Shown here: in pieces, positions 45,301 to 58,327 of the stretch
How positions within the stretch are numbered: position 1 is the stretch's first letter
How the letters are laid out: each line of letters opens with the position of its first letter
NCBI RefSeq assembly: GCF_000143415.4
Contig: NW_003314287.1
Coordinates: 139,841 to 198,167 of the forward strand
From: Selaginella moellendorffii
Lineage: Eukaryota; Plantae; Lycopodiophyta
Length of the DNA: 58,327 bases
Direction of reading: 5' to 3'
Position numbers and translations under genes: made by a program
Notes under the pieces: model-generated
Database searches by the model: none
Seen by the model: the letters and a program-made list of their open reading frames with translations, nothing else
Told to the model about the DNA's origin: nothing

Positions 45301-46009
45301 ATACATGAGGGCTGAGCTCCCCAAGCGGAGCACCTCTATACTGCTCCATCATATGGGCATTATAGAGGTGTGGCAGCCTCGCAAAAGGATTCACAGCTAT
45401 CAGGATGCTCCCGGTGTAAGTCTGACCAAAACATGAATAAGTACGAGGAATCCAATCAGTGATCCAGGCTTACGTAGATTTCGTCCAACGCATATCTGCT
45501 ACAAAGGTTGTATAAAACTCCAGGCTCATGCAGATATGACAGCTTCGTCATATCATCCACTCCTCCGGGTTGTGCATCGGTGTCCCTGGAATGTAGCTTG
45601 GACACCACTGTCGTAAACTACGAGTGAAAAAACCAATGTTAAGAGACTAGCTAGGAAGTGGAGAAGTTTTAGTAGTACTCACAGTTTTCCCCTTCTTCGT
45701 ACAAACCGTGACATTGTTTCCAGAAATTTTGACAACCTCAGCTTCGATCCAGGCGAGCTGAGGATCCTCAGCCCACACAGGAGAGCCAACGGTAAGATTG
45801 CCAACGGTAGCCTGCGCCATTGGTGGAAATCTCGTCAGAGAGCGAGAGAGAAAGAGAAAATCACTGCTGAGGCATCCGATGAGATTTTCCCTGCGAAATT
45901 CCCACTATAGACCCCTATCGCTGCGGCACGATCCCAGGACGATTACCACAGGCATCGAGAATGCAAGCTAGAAACGATCGCTGCGCGCGAAGGAGGAAGC
46001 GCTTACCAT
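39363..46009 (-). CDS. Class XI myosin (multi-exon)
   Basis: ATG-only first exon; GSPVWAEDP; [13 protein letters not shown]-loop; IQ repeats; coiled coil; DIL domain ([15 protein letters not shown]). Confidence 0.96.
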
Positions 46010-46391
46010 TCTCAAATCATGTCGATCGATCGCGCAAGGCGCTTCTTCATCCCCCTCCCCCTGAAAATCAAAAACCCTATCCCTAGAAAAAAAATTGTGC
46101 CGACGTGGCGTGATTTGTGGAGCATGTCATAGTAGCCTTGCACTTTATTTCAGATCCTGGCCGGGCACGTGGCAGAAATCTTGGCCGTTGAGATGGCTTT
46201 CCCGCCATACCCTTCAACTTGAAATTTCTGGCCAGTAAAAGCTTTGAAAGTCAAGCTGATTAGTGATGTGGACGCGAGCATTAATTAAACTTAAACTAAT
46301 ACGCAACTTCACTCTTGACAAAACCATTAGAATATTTGCATTAAAACATCAACAAAAAAACATCAACACAATTTTTTTCAAGATGGTACCT

Positions 46392-47476
46392 TTACTTGAG
46401 GAAAGTGCATGACATCCAGAGAACTATGTATGATATCAGCGAAGTTGCCAGTTCTATGTTCCAAGAGCCGGGAAATGGAATCAAAGGAACAAGGAAAGAG
46501 CCAAACACCCAGGCGAATAGAAATGCTGCAACTCTGGAAGAAAAAACAAAGAGTAAGCTTCCAAGCTTCGGATCCAAAAGATTTAGAAAGCAAAGTTCTT
46601 ACCCGATTAACGAAGCTTTCCACAAAACTTTGAATCTCTTCTTCAAGAAATAGATACAAGCACCGAGACTAAGTATCACCTGTCAAAAATAATAGCGTAA
46701 ACTTAGTCTGCGATGCTCGAAACGAAGAAAGAAACAAAAGCGTGAAAACCTCTTTACCTGGAAGCTTGGACCTGTGGCTGCCGCCTCCAAAACGCTCCAG
46801 ACTCCCAAAACGAAGAAAGCAAACGCTCTTGCGGCTATGACGACCGTGGGTGGCGTATCAAACCGGTCCGTCAGCTTCTGGAGCCACACTGGAGGAGGTT
46901 TGAGGACTTTGGGCTTTCTCCGGTACCTCTTCAAGCTCTCCGAGATGACTCTGTCGTAGGCCGACTCGATCGAGGCCTTGCTCTTGGGATGAGCACCGTA
47001 AAGCTTGAGCAAGTAGTTTCGAGCTGCTCGGACCTCCTCCTCGGATGCCTCGTTGCTGATTCCCAGCCGCTTGTACGGGTCTCTCACGTCAACTCTGGGG
47101 AAAATCGGTGTAGAGCCTGGGGTAAATCAGTTCCGTAGCGAAGAACAGGAAAAAATTCTCAAAAAGTCACGCGAACTCAAGCAGCATAACGAAAAAGAAA
47201 AATCTTTATAACTTAAAAGTGCAAGGAAAAGAAATCGAGCAAGAAGACATGACCAGGATTTGCAGGATTACCTGAGCTTTCTCCAGCACCGAACATTGCA
47301 CAGCAAATTGTTCTTCGAAAGTTTTCACTCCGCTTATAGAACACATCCCTGCAAGACTCCAATCAGCATGTTTTCTGAATCAAAGCGGCCCACCTTTTCG
47401 TAGAAGACCCATGTAGCAAAAAAACTCTGTGCTGCTGAGACGCGACCGGCGGCGGCACCCACACAGCAGCCGCCAT
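46392..47476 (-). CDS. CPP1: Chaperone-like protein of POR1 (J-like, DUF3353)
   Basis: IFPRVDVRDPYKRLGIS.EASEEEV...IESAYD; TM C-terminus ending MSCTFLK. Confidence 0.85.
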
Positions 47477-47575
47477 GGGTAGAAAAAACTCAAGAGCACG
47501 AATCCGTCAGGCGCATATTCCGACAGTTTTAACCTGGAAGCTTAGGATATTCCGCTAGGAAAAACCTCCTCTCCT

Positions 47576-48484
47576 CTACTTGATCTTGAAAGTGGTGACC
47601 CGGATTATATCGTCGTCGGTCTCGAGCTTTCTTTGGAGTTCTTTCACGCTGCCTGGTTTCGTTGCGAAGGTAAACATGTAGAAGATGCCATCGACGTACG
47701 TGTTCTTCTCGCCCCGGGTGTTCTTCTTGAGGATCCCGTAAGCTAGCGGCATGATTCCCCTGTTGAAGATCTCCACGTCCATTCCACCACCAGCGATGAT
47801 CATCTGTGTGACAATGCGTAATGAGAAGAAACGAGTAGAAAAAATCGCAAGAGAACAAGCATCAAGAGAAGATAGAACTTTGAGAGAAAGGTAAAAAAAT
47901 CTCACGAAGAACAAGTAACAAACGTGAGTGAAAGCCATTCGTGATCATTCAAGCAAGCAAGAGAGGCAAAAGCTCGAAAAGAATTCAAGAAAAAAGTATC
48001 GATACTGGAAGAACTAGAACCCAAAGAAAATGATTTTTTTTTGGCTTACCTCTTCGTATCGTTGCGAGAGTGCCAATCTTTGCTCCTCGGTGATGTCCGG
48101 CCGAAGAACAGCCATGGTCTCGTAGCGAGTGAAGCCTTTGGGATACACAACTCGGGGTTTCACCGCCTCTGCCTCGTCGCCTTTGTCACCGGATTCGCCA
48201 TCGTTCTTCCCGGAATCCGGCGATTCGCTCGGCGCTTCCGTTACCTCAGCCGCGGATTCACCCGCCGTGGCCACGGACGATTCATCCTCCGCCATGGCCA
48301 AAAGCCTAGAGCTCAATCGCGGCTGGATTCCTCGCCCAGAAGACCTGCATTTCTGGATTTCCAGGCTCAAACCTTTGCATCGGATCGAGCAGCCGCGCTG
48401 CGCCGATGCCGGAGCTGGAGCTGGGGCGGCACTGCCGATGGAGATCGTGGAGCGCCCGAGCGAAGTCGCGAAGGCCATAGCCAT
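47576..48484 (-). CDS. RPS6: Plastid 30S ribosomal protein S6 (2 exons)
   Basis: Transit peptide; YETMAVLRPD..EEQRL; GGGMDVEIFNRGIMPLAY...DDDIIR. Confidence 0.92.
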
Positions 48485-48490
48485 CGATAG

Positions 48491-48544
48491 AACCCTAAAA
48501 TCCCTCCTCTTTAAGCGCGGGAAATTACAGATAGCGCTTAGGGT
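48491..48544. promoter_or_regulatory. Telo-box-like motifs in the 79-bp divergent RPS6/LSMT-like intergenic region
   Basis: AACCCTA at 48491 and TTAGGGT at 48538; telo-boxes are typical of plant ribosomal-protein promoters. Confidence 0.45.
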
Positions 48545-48563
48545 ATAGTCACAGCGCCAAGAA

Positions 48564-50949
48564 ATGGAGGAGGAGCTGCGACGAGCTGGAGGAGCCGATC
48601 ATCGTCATCAAGTCGATTGTCAGTGCTTCCTCGCTGCGCCTAGCAAGAAATCTTTGCTGTGAATGCTACTGCTATGTCGATTGGGGCAAAGAGCGACACA
48701 GCTACAAGCACGAAGAGTGAGGATCTGAGGAAGAGCAGCAAGAATGGTGCGAAGAAAATCAAGAGGAAGATCATAATGTGGGCTACCTGTCGCCGGCGGA
48801 TTCTATGCCTCCCAGCTCCGGATGCTGTGTGTGGAGGTAGGAGTGGCCATCGAATTGTATGTGTTCCTCATCTTAGCGGTGGACGAGGAGCCAACTCTTC
48901 TTCTTCTTCGGAGGTATTCATCGCTTTCCAGACGAACGCTTGCTTCACTGTGTTTTTTTTCTTTCGTTGGCTAGACCAAGGAACAATGCGAGTTTTCTTC
49001 CTGGCTCAAGCGTCGCGGGGAGCACGATCCTAACACTGGCCTCAGCATTGGATTGTCACCGCATGGAAGGTGAGGGTTCTATGTTCTCTCCAGGATTGTT
49101 TTGACAGCTCTTTTGTTCTTCCAGAGGATTGTTTGCCTCTCGCCCCATACATACTGGAGAATGCATGTTACATGTTTCACATGATCTGGTAAGCTTTGAG
49201 ACTTGCATTGCGAGATCACCATCGATGCTTTTCTACGAAGTTAGATGATCACCCCGGAAAAACTTCCGGAAGAAGTAACGAAGCTACTGTCGAAGGACGT
49301 GAGTGCATGGGCAAAGCTAGCGCTTTTCTTGCTTGCTCACCAAAAGAAAAAAGAGGTATCTACGTTTAAGAACCTTTCCTTTTCTTTCTTTTCTCAGAAA
49401 GCGTAAGCGTTTGCTTCCAGACGTCCGCATGGGCTCCTTATATAAGTTGCTTACCTCCTTTCGGTAGCATGCATAGCACTGTAAGTGACCTTTTGGGCTT
49501 TTTTTTCTCTCTCTCTTTAACAACCTGTCGATTTGGCCAGATTTTCTGGACACAAGACGAGCTGGTTTACTTAAAAGTGAGCCCTGTTTATCGCGAAACT
49601 GTACAGAGAAAGGACGTGGTGAGAATGGAATTTGCAGCAGCAGAAAATGTCTGGTTTTTCTTTTAACCAGTTTATATATTCAAGCTGAGCTCTTCCATTT
49701 GCAGGCACTTCTACTCTGCCCACACATTTTTGGTAGTCGAGTTTCAGCGCTGGAGTTCAAGCATGCTTATGCAACAGGTTAAACTTTTCGTTTGCTCACG
49801 TATCCTCACTGATTACATTACAGTTTGCTCTCGTGCTTGGGGGATCGAAACGATTAAATCACTTGCTTTGGTATGTTCTCTTCCATCTGTTGTGTGAAGT
49901 GCTGAAAATGGGGACAGGTTCCTTTTGTGGATTTCTTCAACCATGATGCCAATTGCCGCGCGATGCTTTCGTACGACGAGGACAGACATTGTGCAGAGGT
50001 ATTTGTTCTCTTGTTAGGAAATCGACTCACAATAGAATGAAACTATAGGTTGTTTCAGATCGGGACTATGCTACTGGAGACCAAGTATGTACCAGTTTTT
50101 CTTGATCTGAACTACGACTAAAGTTTGTGATGGAAGGTGGTCATTAGCTATGGTCAGCTCTCGAATGCAACACTTGCTCTCGACTTTGGTTTTGCTCTTC
50201 CCTTCAATCCTCACGATCAGGTTGTGATTGTTTTACCAATATAGCTCTCTGACTGCTATTTCGCCCGCTGTAGGCTGGAATCTGGTTGAGCCTTTCGGAA
50301 AAGGATCCGCTTCGTGACAGCAAACTTAAGCTTCTACACTCGCACAACATGCAAACTTGCGTCACCAGAGAGGGTGTGGATACTGCTGGAAGTTCGTTTT
50401 CTCTTCAGTAAGCGCTTGCGTGTAGCTAGAAATATGTTGCAACAACTGTGTCATTTTCCACAGAGAGGTAAAGTCGAAAGCAGGCAGAGGGAAGGGTATT
50501 CCACAGACTTTACGTGCTTTTGCCCGTGTTGTATGTGCAACAACGTCGGAAGGTTTGTAAGACTTAAATATATTCCAAGAAGCTAACTGTGCTTTCCGAC
50601 GCAGAGCTAGACGAAATGGCTAAGTTTGCTGCTGATACTGATGGTCGTCTTGCTCGCCGGCCATCAATTGATAAGACCAAGGAGCACAAAGCAATGACGC
50701 TGCTGCAAACAGTCATTGACAATAGGATACAAAAACACGAACAAGCAGCATCGGTACTTGTCTCACTTTTCCTTCTTATGGTGCTTACTCTAACCATCTT
50801 CCAATCCATTCCAGGCAATCCGGGACTCTGCGGTCTTGCAAAAACCAAGAAAAGAGATCGCAAAGGCCATTGTAGGTGGTGAGCTTCGAGTTCTTCGTTC
50901 TGCCAGTGCTTGGTTAAAACAGCATTCCCAGGCACTATTACAAACTTAA
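48564..50949 (+). CDS. Rubisco LSMT-like SET-domain lysine methyltransferase (multi-exon; start uncertain)
   Basis: Exons encoding SRAWG, VPFVDFFNHD, ISYGQLSNATLALDFGF..PFNPHDQ, GIPQTLRAFARV. Confidence 0.82.
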
Positions 50950-51121
50950 AAAGTTTTCCATTTACGATTCTTCTCTCAAACGTCTTGTTTACAGTGATAT
51001 AGGTGCCTTGTAAAACTCTCGGACAAGCTCTTGAGTACCGTGAGTCTGAAGAAAGGCAACGAAGAAACGAAACGAGGAAGCTAAATCTACGTTTCTCAGG
51101 ACACAAGAGTGCCTCGTATCC

Positions 51122-51934
51122 TTAGTTATTTGGTGCTAACACTTCTACCTCCGGCTGGGAAGGTTTAGAGGAGCTCTGGGAGGAAGCCACCTTTCGAAAA
51201 ACGAGCCTTTGCTGGAGAACGTCCTCCGAGGGAGCGACAAGCTCCGCGTCCACGAGTATGGTGTCGTCTTCCTTGTAGTCCCCGCGGAGAATTCCCTTCG
51301 CGATTGGATTCTCCACTTGGTGCTGGACGACTCTCTTCACGGGCCGAGCGCCAAAACTCGGATCATAGCCCATCTTCCCGAGAAGGTCCACTGCCGATTC
51401 ACTGATCGTCATGCTGATCTTCCGGTCTTTCAGTCTATGCTGTACTCTCGCAAGCTGGCAAAATCAACAAAGAACACGTTAAAAACTTCGCAAAAGGAGG
51501 TATGGAAAGTGATCGACTTTACCTGTAGCTTGACAATCTTGTTGATCTGTTCCCGGTCCAGCGGCTTAAACACGATGTACTCGTCGATCCGGTTGAGAAA
51601 CTCTGGACGAAAGGTTTGGCGTGCGACATCCATCACGCGATCCTTCATCCGTTCATAAGACTCTCCGGCCTCGAGGCTGTTGAGGATGAACTGCGAGCCG
51701 ATGTTGGAGGTCATGATAATGATGCTGTTCTTGAAGCTCACTTTGCGGCCCTGCGAGTCCGTCACCCTTCCATCGTCGAGAATCTGGAGGAAGATGTTAA
51801 ACACGTCCGAGTGGGCCTTCTCGATCTCGTCGAACAGCACCACCGAGTAAGGCCGCCTCCTCACAGCCTCACTGAGCTGACCACCTTCTTCATACCCAAC
51901 GTATCCCGGCGGAGCACCGATCAACCGAGACACA

Positions 51935-51965
<31 letters not shown>

Positions 51966-54559
51966 TCCGGATGAGCGCCTCCTCGGTGTTGAAGAGATAC
52001 GCCGCCAGCGCTTTCGCCAGCTCCGTCTTTCCGACTCCAGTCGGCCCCATGAACATGAAGCTCGCGATCGGCCGGTTTGGATCGGACAGCCCGGCTCGCG
52101 AGCGCTGGATAGCGTCGGCTACTGCCTGAACAGCCGGCTCCTGTCCAACGACGCGCTTGTGGAGCTCGTCATCGATGTGTAGCAGCTTCTCCATCTCGGA
52201 CTGGAGGAGCTTCGAGACCGGGATGCCCGTCCACTTGCTGACGATCTCCGCGATATCGTCGGACGTTACCTCCTCTCGGAGCATGGAACTTCCTCGGCTT
52301 TGGTAGTCGTCCAAGTTCTTCTCGGCCACTTCGAGCTGCCGCTGCAAGCTCATGAGGCTGCCATATTTCAGCTCTGCCGCGCGGTTCAAGTCGTAGTCCC
52401 GCTCGGCCTGCTGGATCTCAAGGTTCACTCTGTCTACCTCCTCTTTGATGGATTGGATTTTGAGCATGACGGATTTTTCGTGCTCCCACTGCTGCGTGAC
52501 TTCTTTCTGTTTCTCTTTCAGAGCTTCGAGCTCGACGTTCAGCTTGTCCAGCCGGTCCCGGGAGGCCTTGTCCGTGTCGTTCTTGAGCGACAGCCTCTCC
52601 ATCTCCAGCTTCAAAACGGCGCGGTCGATCTCATCGAGATGAGTTGGTTTGGATGTTATTTCCATCTTGAGCTTCGCAGCTGCTTCGTCAACGAGGTCGA
52701 TGGCTGCAGTGAAAAAAACAGAGAAAAAGTTGACCATGATATGAAAATCAAAGTGGACTGTTGATACCTTTGTCGGGCAGAAATCTGTCGCTGATGTATC
52801 TGTCAGAGAGCAACGCGGCGGCAACGAGCGCACTGTCAGAAATGCGCACGCCATGATGCAGCTCGTAGCGCTCGCGCAGTCCTCGAAGTATCGAGATAGT
52901 GTCCTCAACCGTGGGCTGGTCCACAAAGACTTGCTGAAAGCGACGCTCCAGCGCGGGATCTTTTTCAATATACTTCCGATACTCGTCGAGAGTTGTGGCA
53001 CCAATGCACCGCAGCTCTCCGCGACCGAGCATAGGCTTTAGAAGGTTCCCGGCATCCATTGCGCCGTTTGTAGCTCCTACGAATCATATCCTCCGGTTAG
53101 ATGTGCTCACAAGCAATTTAAAATCTCTCAACTAACCTGCGCCAACAACTGTGTGGATCTCGTCGATGAAAAGGATGATCCGTCCATCAGACTCAGACAC
53201 CTCCTTCAAGACCGCTTTCAACCGGTCTTCAAATTCACCGCGATACTTAGCGCCGGCTATCAACGCACCCATGTCAAGAGAAACAAGCTGCCAGTCAAAA
53301 GAAGATTTAGTATCTAGTTTATGCTGCATTAAGTCAAAAGCCGTACCTTTCGATCGATCAAAGCTTCGGGTACATCCCCTTGTACAATACGCTGAGCTAA
53401 CCTGAAGTTGACGAGTTTTTTAGATACGCAACGAAAGATAAACAACACTTCCTACCCTTCAGCGATGGCTGTTTTGCCGACTCCAGGCTCACCAATAAAA
53501 ACCGGATTGTTCTTTGTTCTCCTGCAGAGAATCTGGATGCAGCGCCGGATTTCGTCATCCCGTCCTATCACAGGGTCAAGCTTTCCTTGACGAGCCATTT
53601 CGGTCAAGTCCTTTCCGTACTTGTCCAAAGCCTCGTATTTTCCTTCCGGTGCTGAAAACCAGAACTTCACACGTTTAGTACAGAAATTTAGGAAACCATA
53701 TGAGAAAGCATTACATTGATCAGTGACTTTCTGCGATCCCCGAATAGATTCAACTGCAGTTCTCAAGGCTTTAGCGGTAATCTGGTATTCTTTAAAGAGA
53801 ACTTGCCCGAATCGTTTGTCTTGCAAATACCCCAAGAGCAAGTGCTCAATGGAGACGTAGGAGTCCCCCATGTCTTTCATGAAGCCTCTTGCCCGGTCGA
53901 GAAGTGCTTCCAGCTCTCGCCCAAGCATAGAACCCCCGGTCTCACCGACAATCTAAACCATAGCTCACGTAAGACTCACAAAACAATGCAGCTGAAAACC
54001 AGAAACACATACCTTTGGCTGCCGCTGAATGAACCTCTCCGTAGATTCGAGGAGCCCAGTGTTGTCGACACCAACTTTTCCAAAAACTCGCCTTGCCAAA
54101 CCATTCTTCTGTTCTAGGAGAGCTTTCATCAGGTGCTCCGTCTCGACGATTTGCTGCTTGTTCTCCTTGGCGATTTCCGGGGACGCGACAATCGCCTGCC
54201 ATGCCATGTCCGTAAAGTCGGCCTGGCTAATCTGTGAGTGAAGAAACAAAAGAATGATAGAAACGTCGTAAGTTCTAAAGCACGAACGGAAGAGCTAGAC
54301 TTACTCGTCCATCTTTCCCTGGTGATGCAGCACACCGGGTAACAACGCGAAAATTCCTTCCATGCTGCCTTGTCAAAAACCTCTTGGAGCTCAAATTCGT
54401 TGCTCGCAAGCCTTGGAAAGAGCTAAACCCGCGCTCCTCTCTCCGGTAGCATCGCACCACACTTCTAGTCGATCGAGAGAGCACTAAATTCGCCGCCGAT
54501 TCTCGCTGCGCCGCATTGAAACACGACTGGACCAATCCCGAGGTGGAAGCAGCAGCCAT
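51122..54559 (-). CDS. CLPB3: Organellar (likely plastid) ClpB/Hsp100 chaperone
   Basis: Transit peptide; two AAA modules ([16 protein letters not shown]); M-domain coiled coil; GARPVKR. Confidence 0.93.
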
Positions 54560-54708
54560 AGAGCAGAGGAAATTCCCACCGATTGAGCTGGAGCTCGCGA
54601 ATTCTCGCGATCACTGCCCGCGATATTTATGTGTAGCTCTCACCGCCAATCCCTGCCTCCCCACGAACCCTAGCCCAGCCCTAATATTACCGACATTGTG
54701 ACACGTCG

Positions 54709-54733
54709 CGAATATTTGAGAACGCTCTAGACG
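54709..54733. promoter_or_regulatory. Imperfect heat-shock element upstream of ClpB
   Basis: Alternating pentamers cGAAt-aTTTg-aGAAc-gCTCt-aGACg about 150 bp upstream of the ATG. Confidence 0.5.
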
Positions 54734-55425
54734 ATGATCATGGTCCACACATTTTCTCTAGAGCTCTGCCAGCGTGGCACTATTTGCTGACCTGGAAGAT
54801 TGTGTGTCACGTGTCTGATAGCATCGGAGATAGCCGGAAAAGGTAAGAAAACGTTTTCGTTTTTCTTTGACCGGTTTGACTGGCAGCTCACCTAACCCGG
54901 CAGTTTAATTGTTCTTTTTTGACCGGCAGATCAAAACGTGTCCAGTGGCCGTCACGGCTGAGGGGTCGACCGGCACGACTGATGTCAGTGACGGTGAGGG
55001 ATGAGGGGCAAAAGAGAGAAGTGCGCCTCACGTAAGCAAACAACACCTTTGGGTTAGTTTTTATAGGCCGAGAATCCCAGCCCAGGCCGCCCAGGGCTCG
55101 CCTTGCGCTGGATCGATCTTGGATTTGATCGATCTCTCCAAGGAATTCCTCGGTTTTGCGGCTAAATCTCGTCGCGGCTCACACATTTTGGCGGAGGAAT
55201 CGCATCGCGGCGGCGTCCATAAGAAATGCTTCCGTGATTGCCCAGGAACTAGGTAGCGCGTCCACGCAGGTAGGCACGATATTTCGGCCATTCCACTCGC
55301 ATTCCGGGCATGATCGCTCTAGCATTGATTCGATTGGAATCGATTGCGCCATAAATGGTGTCCTAAAACTTTCGATTTCCTCGCAGACTTTCCACTCGCC
55401 CTCTCTAGGCTAATCGATCGCCTCC

Positions 55426-56895
55426 ATGACGATTGAGAGCGTAAAGGATGCTGTCAAGGACACTGTCTGTGTGACCGGCGCCAATGGATTTGTGGCTTCT
55501 TGGCTCGTCAAGCTCCTCCTGGAAAGAGGATACACAGTCCATGGAACGGTGAGAAATCCCGGTACGCGAGTAAATTCTTCTCGACTTCCATGTCTCTTCT
55601 ACCTTTTATCTCTTACCATGGATCTTTCTCTATTTTTTTTCCTTTATCCAGATGATGAGAGGAACGATCACTTAAAAGCTTTCGATGGCGCAAAAGAGAG
55701 GCTCAGCCTGTGGAAAGCGGACATACTTGACTATGAAAGTATCTCGGCTGCTACAAAGGGTTGTCAAGGAATTTTCCACACGGCCTGTCCGGTCACTGAT
55801 GATCTTGGGATTGTCCAGGTATGTAGCAAGTAGATCTTTGGCATTTTCCGATCATAGCTTAGTATAAAAAACGACAATGATAGGACATCCACCTCCATCT
55901 CTGACATTATTTGCCTTTGGTGGAATGCATTATGTAGGAACCAGCTGTTCGTGGCACTTTAAACATACTCAAGGCCGCAGTGGAGCACCATGTGAAGCGA
56001 GTCGTTCTCACATCCTCCGTGGGGTCCGTTTACATGGATCCGAAGAGGCCCGTGGAAGAGGTCGTGAGCGAGGAGATGTGGAGCGACGTTCAGTATCTCA
56101 AGGACACAAGAGTAGGCGTTTTCTCTTGTTTTGGTTTTCATCTACTTCGTGAACTAACAGGGAGAGTTTTCCAGAATGGCTACTGCCTCGCAAAAACTTT
56201 GGCCGAGTCGGCTGCCTGGGAGTTCGCAAACCAGAGCCATGTGGATATGGTGACTGTGAATCCGTCAGTGGTTCTTGGCCCGCTGCTTCAGAGCACGATG
56301 AATGCTAGCACCACACACATCCTCAAGTATCTTACAGGCAAGCTTCTGTCAATGTAGCTTGCTAGAATTTCGCACCGTTTGTTCTAACGGTGAATGAATT
56401 TATCACGCAGGAGCAACCAAAGTGTACACGAATCACTGTCAAGCTTACGTCGACGTGAGAGATGTGGCCGAGGCACACATTCTCGTGTACGAGGAGCCTA
56501 GTGCTTGCGGGAGGTACTTGTGTGCTGAGAACATACTCCACCGCGGGGAGGTTGTGGAGGCCATGGCAAAACTTTTTCCGGACTATCCAATCCCGCGAAA
56601 GTGAGTGATCGCTGTTTATTCGGTTACGTCGTCTGTTGTTTGTTTTTTTTTTTTTTTTTCCTTTCCTCGTTTGCTTTCTCGTTGTTTTCGTTGTCTTTGC
56701 TTTCATAACACTGTTTGTGGTGCTAAAAACGTTTGCTTTGTTTTTTTTGCCAGGCCCAAAGACGATTCTCCGCGTGTGAAATCGTGGAAGATTTCAACCA
56801 GGCGGCTGCAGGATTTGGGGCTCAAGTTTAGGCCCTTTGAGGAGTACATTGCAGACACAGTCCACAGCCTGCAAGAGAAGGGATTCATACAATAG
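55426..56895 (+). CDS. CCR: Cinnamoyl-CoA reductase-like NAD(P)-dependent reductase (multi-exon)
   Basis: [45 protein letters not shown]. Confidence 0.85.
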
Positions 56896-57077
56896 AAACC
56901 AAATTATTAATTTAGCTATGTTAATGAGCTATCCTCAAGCTCTATTTTTCATTTTTTTTATTTTACTTTTCATCTTTTATAAATATATGTGCATATAACT
57001 CCATGCATATTAATTATAATTAATGTATAGCGATCTCAAAAATACTTAACTTGACGGTTTAGATTACTTCTGCGATT

Positions 57078-57671
57078 ATGCTGCTTTTCCAAGTGGCTAT
57101 GCACGGCGAGGCAGACTTGGCAACGGTAAACACCAAGAGTTTTTTCATCCCCTCCTTCTCAACATCAGGACTGGCCTCTCGGGACGTTCCATTTAGGCGC
57201 CATCGCTTCGCTCCCCGATGCCAAATGCGGCAATCATCAGAAAAGGAGCCATCTTGGATGTCAAAGTTGTCCGGGATTTGCAGAGGTAGGAGTGCCACAA
57301 AGTCATGCTCGCCTTTTGCTACCATTTGGACGACAAGGAGCTTGATCAGGCAAGAAGAAGAAGAGCTCTACATCAATCGTCACCTCCCTCGAGCTCAAGC
57401 CCACGAGATCGTGCGCGAGATCTCTCAAGTTTTGCCACAGTCGTCATACCGGTGGCTAGATTCGACAGCAAAGTGCCGGGACGTGGAGGTGAGGAGCAAG
57501 AGCTCGTCCATTCTTGCACCTGTTCTTGGGATCGAAGTCGTCAGTGAGCTGAGCCGGAACAGATGCGAGATGGAATTCTACATGGGCGAGCTCGTCCAAG
57601 CTCCCGTTTTGCAGCAGCTGGTGACTGACTTCGTGTTCTATTATTGGTTTCCACGCACAGGATCTTCATGA
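57078..57671 (+). CDS. Orphan ORF or gene remnant, possibly Uma2-like PD-(D/E)xK fold
   Basis: 197-aa GC-richer ORF in AT-rich flanks; pattern P..AHE..REI / DV.V / PVLGIEVVSE. Confidence 0.35.
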   Translation: MLLFQVAMHGEADLATVNTKSFFIPSFSTSGLASRDVPFRRHRFAPRCQMRQSSEKEPSWMSKLSGICRGRSATKSCSPFATIWTTRSLIRQEEEELYINRHLPRAQAHEIVREISQVLPQSSYRWLDSTAKCRDVEVRSKSSSILAPVLGIEVVSELSRNRCEMEFYMGELVQAPVLQQLVTDFVFYYWFPRTGSS

Positions 57672-58327
57672 AGGTGAGCATACCCCCAGAGAGTCTGAGC
57701 TGGCTTGGTCAATTCTGGGCTGGAAACGCTGATCAAGAGGTGATTATACCACAATTATGAATTATGATAACAACATAGCCACCTTATGCAAAGTACAAAA
57801 AGTTGTATGTGTGACATTTTTTGCTCCACAGTAAGACCGTGGGTAGGCTGTGCAGGATTAATTAATATTATGCAATAAAATCTTTGTTTTGGATTGTAAA
57901 TTTGGAGAGACCTAGACTTACCATTGCATATGAATATACCAAAAGTTGTTCTCCATTATTCAATTCTCAATTCTAGGGAATTGATTGTTGTTAAAGTATA
58001 GATAGTCTTTGAGATTATGTAGATAAACAGTTGGCACTTGTTCTTATGATCTATCTCTCAGTTAACACTAGCATTAAACTCTATTGTTACATATGATTAT
58101 AGTTTTGTTATACCCAATTGAAAACTTTGTTTCCAAAAAAGTTACTATTCCTACCTAATATGAGCCAATACATATTTTCTCTGCCTCTTTAAAACTTGAG
58201 AAATGCAATTAAAATTGGCACTACTATTTTATATTAGAAGAGAAAAACAAATAATAGAACAATAATTGTTACCAATGTTTAATTATGGTAGGTATTGTGA
58301 TTTTAACAGCAGATTCTCTAACTTTGG

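Overview
Eukaryotic, intron-rich plant genomic DNA. The very short introns (about 50-80 nt), dense gene packing, PLS-PPR type and a centriolar LRRC45-like gene suggest a seed-free plant such as the lycophyte Selaginella; this is inference. Positions 1-17 kb are AT-rich. They hold a small secreted-type ORF and a nested pair of Ty3/gypsy LTR retrotransposons. The outer element (3275-15801, +) has 174-bp LTRs, an apparent 4-bp TSD and a -1 frameshift slippery site with a pseudoknot. The inner chromovirus (7574-15095, -) has 1.15-kb LTRs and TSD ATAAA, and its integrase is split by two clean GT-AG spliceosomal-type introns, the most unusual signal in the window. Positions 18-57 kb are gene-dense: HSBP (with a U12 AT-AC intron), GH5 mannanase, two unknown genes, a PLS PPR, a cyanobacterial-porin-like gene, LRRC45-like, an ARF pseudogene, an orphan kinase, myosin XI, CPP1, plastid RPS6, an LSMT-like SET protein, ClpB3, a CCR-like gene and an orphan ORF with a Uma2-like nuclease pattern.
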